A DNA stretch of 40,783 bases from contig CAJVPI010000230.1 of NCBI GenBank assembly GCA_910592345.1, positions 1 to 40,783 of the forward strand, in the 5' to 3' direction. Positions 37,964-40,783 of this stretch are shown here, in pieces. Source of the stretch: Paraglomus brasilianum. Lineage: Eukaryota. Within the stretch, counting starts at the first letter, position 1; every line of letters begins with the position of its first letter. The translations under genes were made by a program, and so were the position numbers. The notes beneath the pieces were generated by a model. It was given only the letters and a program-made list of their open reading frames with translations. It was not told the DNA's origin and did no database searches.

Positions 37964-39990
37964 CCCTTGGTAAACAAGATATTCATACTTGCCATGTAAC
38001 AATCTGTATACAGCCCACGTCAAGTATACGTCTAGGGCGTGACATTTCCATCGAGTATACGCGTATAAAATATATAACCCTTTTTAGTGTCATTATAACT
38101 GGTAAAAGCGGCTTGTATTACGGAAATCGCGGGCGTTTAGACCATGCGGATCGGAAAAAATTTTTGTTTATTTACCCGTCTTATTTATATTGTTTAAATA
38201 AAAAGTTCACGCTCTAATTGTCGGTTTAATTGATATGTTCAAAGGCCAATTGTATAAAAGTCATATATCATAAACAAAATTTTCATGTCACTTTTAAACT
38301 TGGGCGAGCGATCTTTCCATTAATCGTACAACTCGAAAAATGATTGATGCTGATAAAGATTAGCAATCACGAAATCTACTTGCGCATAACTTCCAACAAT
38401 ATCGATTACCAAATCGGCATCGTTTGCAAAAACTCGGACATGACACTAATCGATATAGGGAGCGTTGATCGTTTATTATCATATGATGTCGACGTTCTTG
38501 ACGATTTTTAGACACATCCAATTCGGGTTTATTCTAACAACAAAACAAGAGTGATTGATTATGTCAGAACTCTCGACTTACCCATAATAAGGCTTTTTTA
38601 TACAGACTCAATTAGTTGCGATCTGTATTGGGGGTAATCCCTTGATGACATGAGACGAACATCAGGAAACTGGTTTTTTATTGCTCCCCACGGTTTATGC
38701 ATAACCTACACACAGACTATGTGGTGACTTTTTAGCATGCCTCTACGAGTAATGAATGGGGTCCATTTTTGTTTGAATCAAAAGTTGGGTATGTCCAAGT
38801 AATGATACGTCTCCATGAACAATGCAGTTTTAGACTATGAAAACCCTTAATCGATCCACAGGGTGTTTTCGTACTGGCAATCATCTCTATCTATTTTGAC
38901 TGTTCGTATTGGCAAAAGACCCCTTTCGTACGCTGGCTGATTGCAAGGGTTATTCGACACTATGGATTCTAGTTTTGTTGTTATCAGTATTCTACGGAGT
39001 CTCGAATCAGACGCCCAAGTCCGTACAAAGTCAAATTCGCTAAGAGATCGACTATCAAAAAAATTTCAAGTTTTGCGTTTCTATTAATAATGCAATCTAT
39101 GGATCGTTAAAATATCCTTCAAACCGTTTTTGTTTTAATAATTGTCTCTTATCTGAATTGACATCTCTCATTCTAAACTATTTGCGTTTATCGTAAAAGT
39201 TTGAATGCTATTTGTTGAACGCTGACTCCACTGATTATAGCTGATAGCTTAATGATATTTCTGATTTCACGAAAAGTAGTTGAATGATGTAATGGGAACT
39301 TCATGTAGTCACAGATCTAACACTGTAAACGTAAGGTATTTAGAAAAAGAAAAACTTTTTATAAGAATTTTGGTTAAATGTTATGATGCACGCCATCAAA
39401 TCTCTACAATGAGAGAAAAAACTAACTACCATTTCTTATTGTTATACAATTTTTTGGAAGGTTGCCTTATGTCAGTATTCGATTTCGAAAGATGAGTTGT
39501 AAATAATACAGCATGTCTGCAGTAAAACTTGCACAAGGTTAGAAATTTAATTTTAACCAGCATAATCGTGTGCTTTAGCAATTATATTAGTGCGTTTTTT
39601 GAGCTGTTATATAGAGTACACCCAACATTCTTGGTTAATTTATTGTCGAGGCGTGTACGTTATTTTGAGGTCATGGAGTTGTTCATATTTACTCGGGTAT
39701 TGATCATATCTTAACTGAAAGCATTTTTTGTACAATTTTTTACGTATTTTATATACAGGGGTTTGCAAAAAAAGAGAGAGAAAAAAAAAAGCATATGGGG
39801 CAGACTGCAACAAAACCAGACAAAGTGAATATTTGAATATGTGAAATAAAAATTGCTAGGGTAAGGGTGGCTGAAAAATCAACTAACATTTTGGGAAGGC
39901 TTTGGTTAGCTTTGGCTGGACTAATTTTTTATTCAAGGTATTACATGTTCAATACTTACTATAGGATTATGTATATAAAAAAATATAAAC

Positions 39991-40250
39991 ATGAAACTAA
40001 TTTATATCAAATCCACTATGGAACCAAAGGATTACAGCACTATTAAAAGTATTTTAAAGAAAGCTCAAGGAGAAAAATTGCGCCTTATGTTTTTAAATGA
40101 ATGATACCCAAACTCTCCAGGAATATCTAGGTAAAGAAAAAATCACTTATTATTATGAATTTTACCAAGAAGAACAAAAAAATAAACTATCAATGAACAT
40201 TACCACCAACTTATGATGAACCAAGAAAGAAAAGAAAACTAGAAACATAA
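39991..40250 (+). pseudogene. Frameshifted small intronless ORF, probably of Mollicutes-related endobacterial origin (TGA=Trp)
   Basis: MKLIYIKSTMEPKDYSTIKSILKKAQGEKLRLMFLNE / TLQEYLGKEKITYYYEFYQEEQK / KINYQ(TGA)TLPPTYDEPRKKRKLET*. The strand is very A-rich and ends just before a terminator-like palindrome. Confidence 0.45.
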
Positions 40251-40263
40251 AGCAATCATCAAT

Positions 40264-40291
40264 AAAAAGCCAGGCTTTTTTTTTTTTTTTT
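40264..40291. terminator. Bacterial-style bidirectional intrinsic terminator-like palindrome
   Basis: AAAAAGCC-A-GGCTTTTT followed by a long T run, lying between two convergent ORF remnants. Confidence 0.45.
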
Positions 40292-40377
40292 ACTTTATCT
40301 AAAATAAATTAACTTTGACAGTTAGAATGATCAATTTATATCATAGAAAGTAACCAAGGATTTCCTCGATCTTTAAA

Positions 40378-40783
40378 TTATTTCCTTACTTTTAATCAAG
40401 GTCAGTTTTTAGTCTCTTTAACTTCAATTTGAGCAAATTGTTGAGAAGTTAATTGCATTCTCTTCTTCTAATTCTTAATATCTTATTCAGCAACTCTTGT
40501 TTCTGTCTTTTACTTCACTCTTCAGACTTTTCGGCTACTTCTTCTCTTTCAATTTCTAATGCTTCTCAGCTGTAGCTAATAGTAACTCTTCTTGCAATCC
40601 GTTTATTTGTTGTTCATAGAAGGTAGCCATGCTTTCTCTTTCCTGAGGCAAGTTGGGGAGTTCTTTTGCTTCTATATCTTTGTTATATTCAATACAACGA
40701 CAAACATACGTGGGGGTGCTGAAAAGTTTTGTCGCCGGGGTCATATGTCAATGATCAGCTGACCGATCCAAAAATGGAGGTAA
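40378..40783 (-). pseudogene. Frameshifted coiled-coil protein gene read with TGA=Trp, probable Mollicutes-related endobacterium origin; runs off the window edge
   Basis: LPPFLDRSADH(TGA)HMTPATKLF...CRCIEYNKDIEAKELPNLPQERESMATFYEQQI / EALEIEREEVAEKSEE(TGA)SKRQKQELLNKI / QLTSQQFAQIEVKETKN(TGA)P(TGA)LKVRK*. In-frame TGAs at 40750, 40517, 40404 and 40398. Confidence 0.6.

Noticed and set aside
34607..39714. Numerous 60-135 aa ORFs in the ORF track
   Set aside because: Many begin at non-ATG codons, have compositions typical of AT-rich non-coding DNA and show no recognisable motifs.
39755..39775. TA|CAGGGGTTTGC as a possible transposon TIR at the edge of the endobacterial-like segment
   Set aside because: No inverted partner was found in the window and it is too short to support.

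Overview
Intron-rich, AT-rich fungal nuclear DNA. Gene content and style point to an arbuscular mycorrhizal fungus (Glomeromycotina, possibly Paraglomus-like); this is inferred. Conserved genes, with exons rebuilt by hand from GT/AG sites: mitochondrial intermediate peptidase (4 exons), exportin Cse1 (22 exons), GINS subunit Psf3 (7 exons, largely missed by the ORF track), a Na+/Ca2+ exchanger of the Ecm27/NCLX type (9 exons), RNase H2 subunit C and a P3A plasma-membrane H+-ATPase. There is also a decayed tyrosine-kinase-like pseudogene, an orphan 200-aa gene and one Tc1/mariner-like end. Four observations stand out. (1) Two convergent bacterial-type genes form an islet: an intron-containing anti-sigma-type GHKL kinase fused to a STAS-like/DUF4325 domain, and an intronless NuiA (nuclease A inhibitor) homologue. 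(2) A fragment at the right edge reads best with TGA=Trp and carries bacterial terminators, suggesting DNA from a Mollicutes-related endobacterium. (3) An unannotated, apparently spliced, strongly structured non-coding locus lies at about 18.2-19.55 kb on the minus strand. (4) PSF3 has a U12-type intron. All family assignments come from motif recognition, not database searches.
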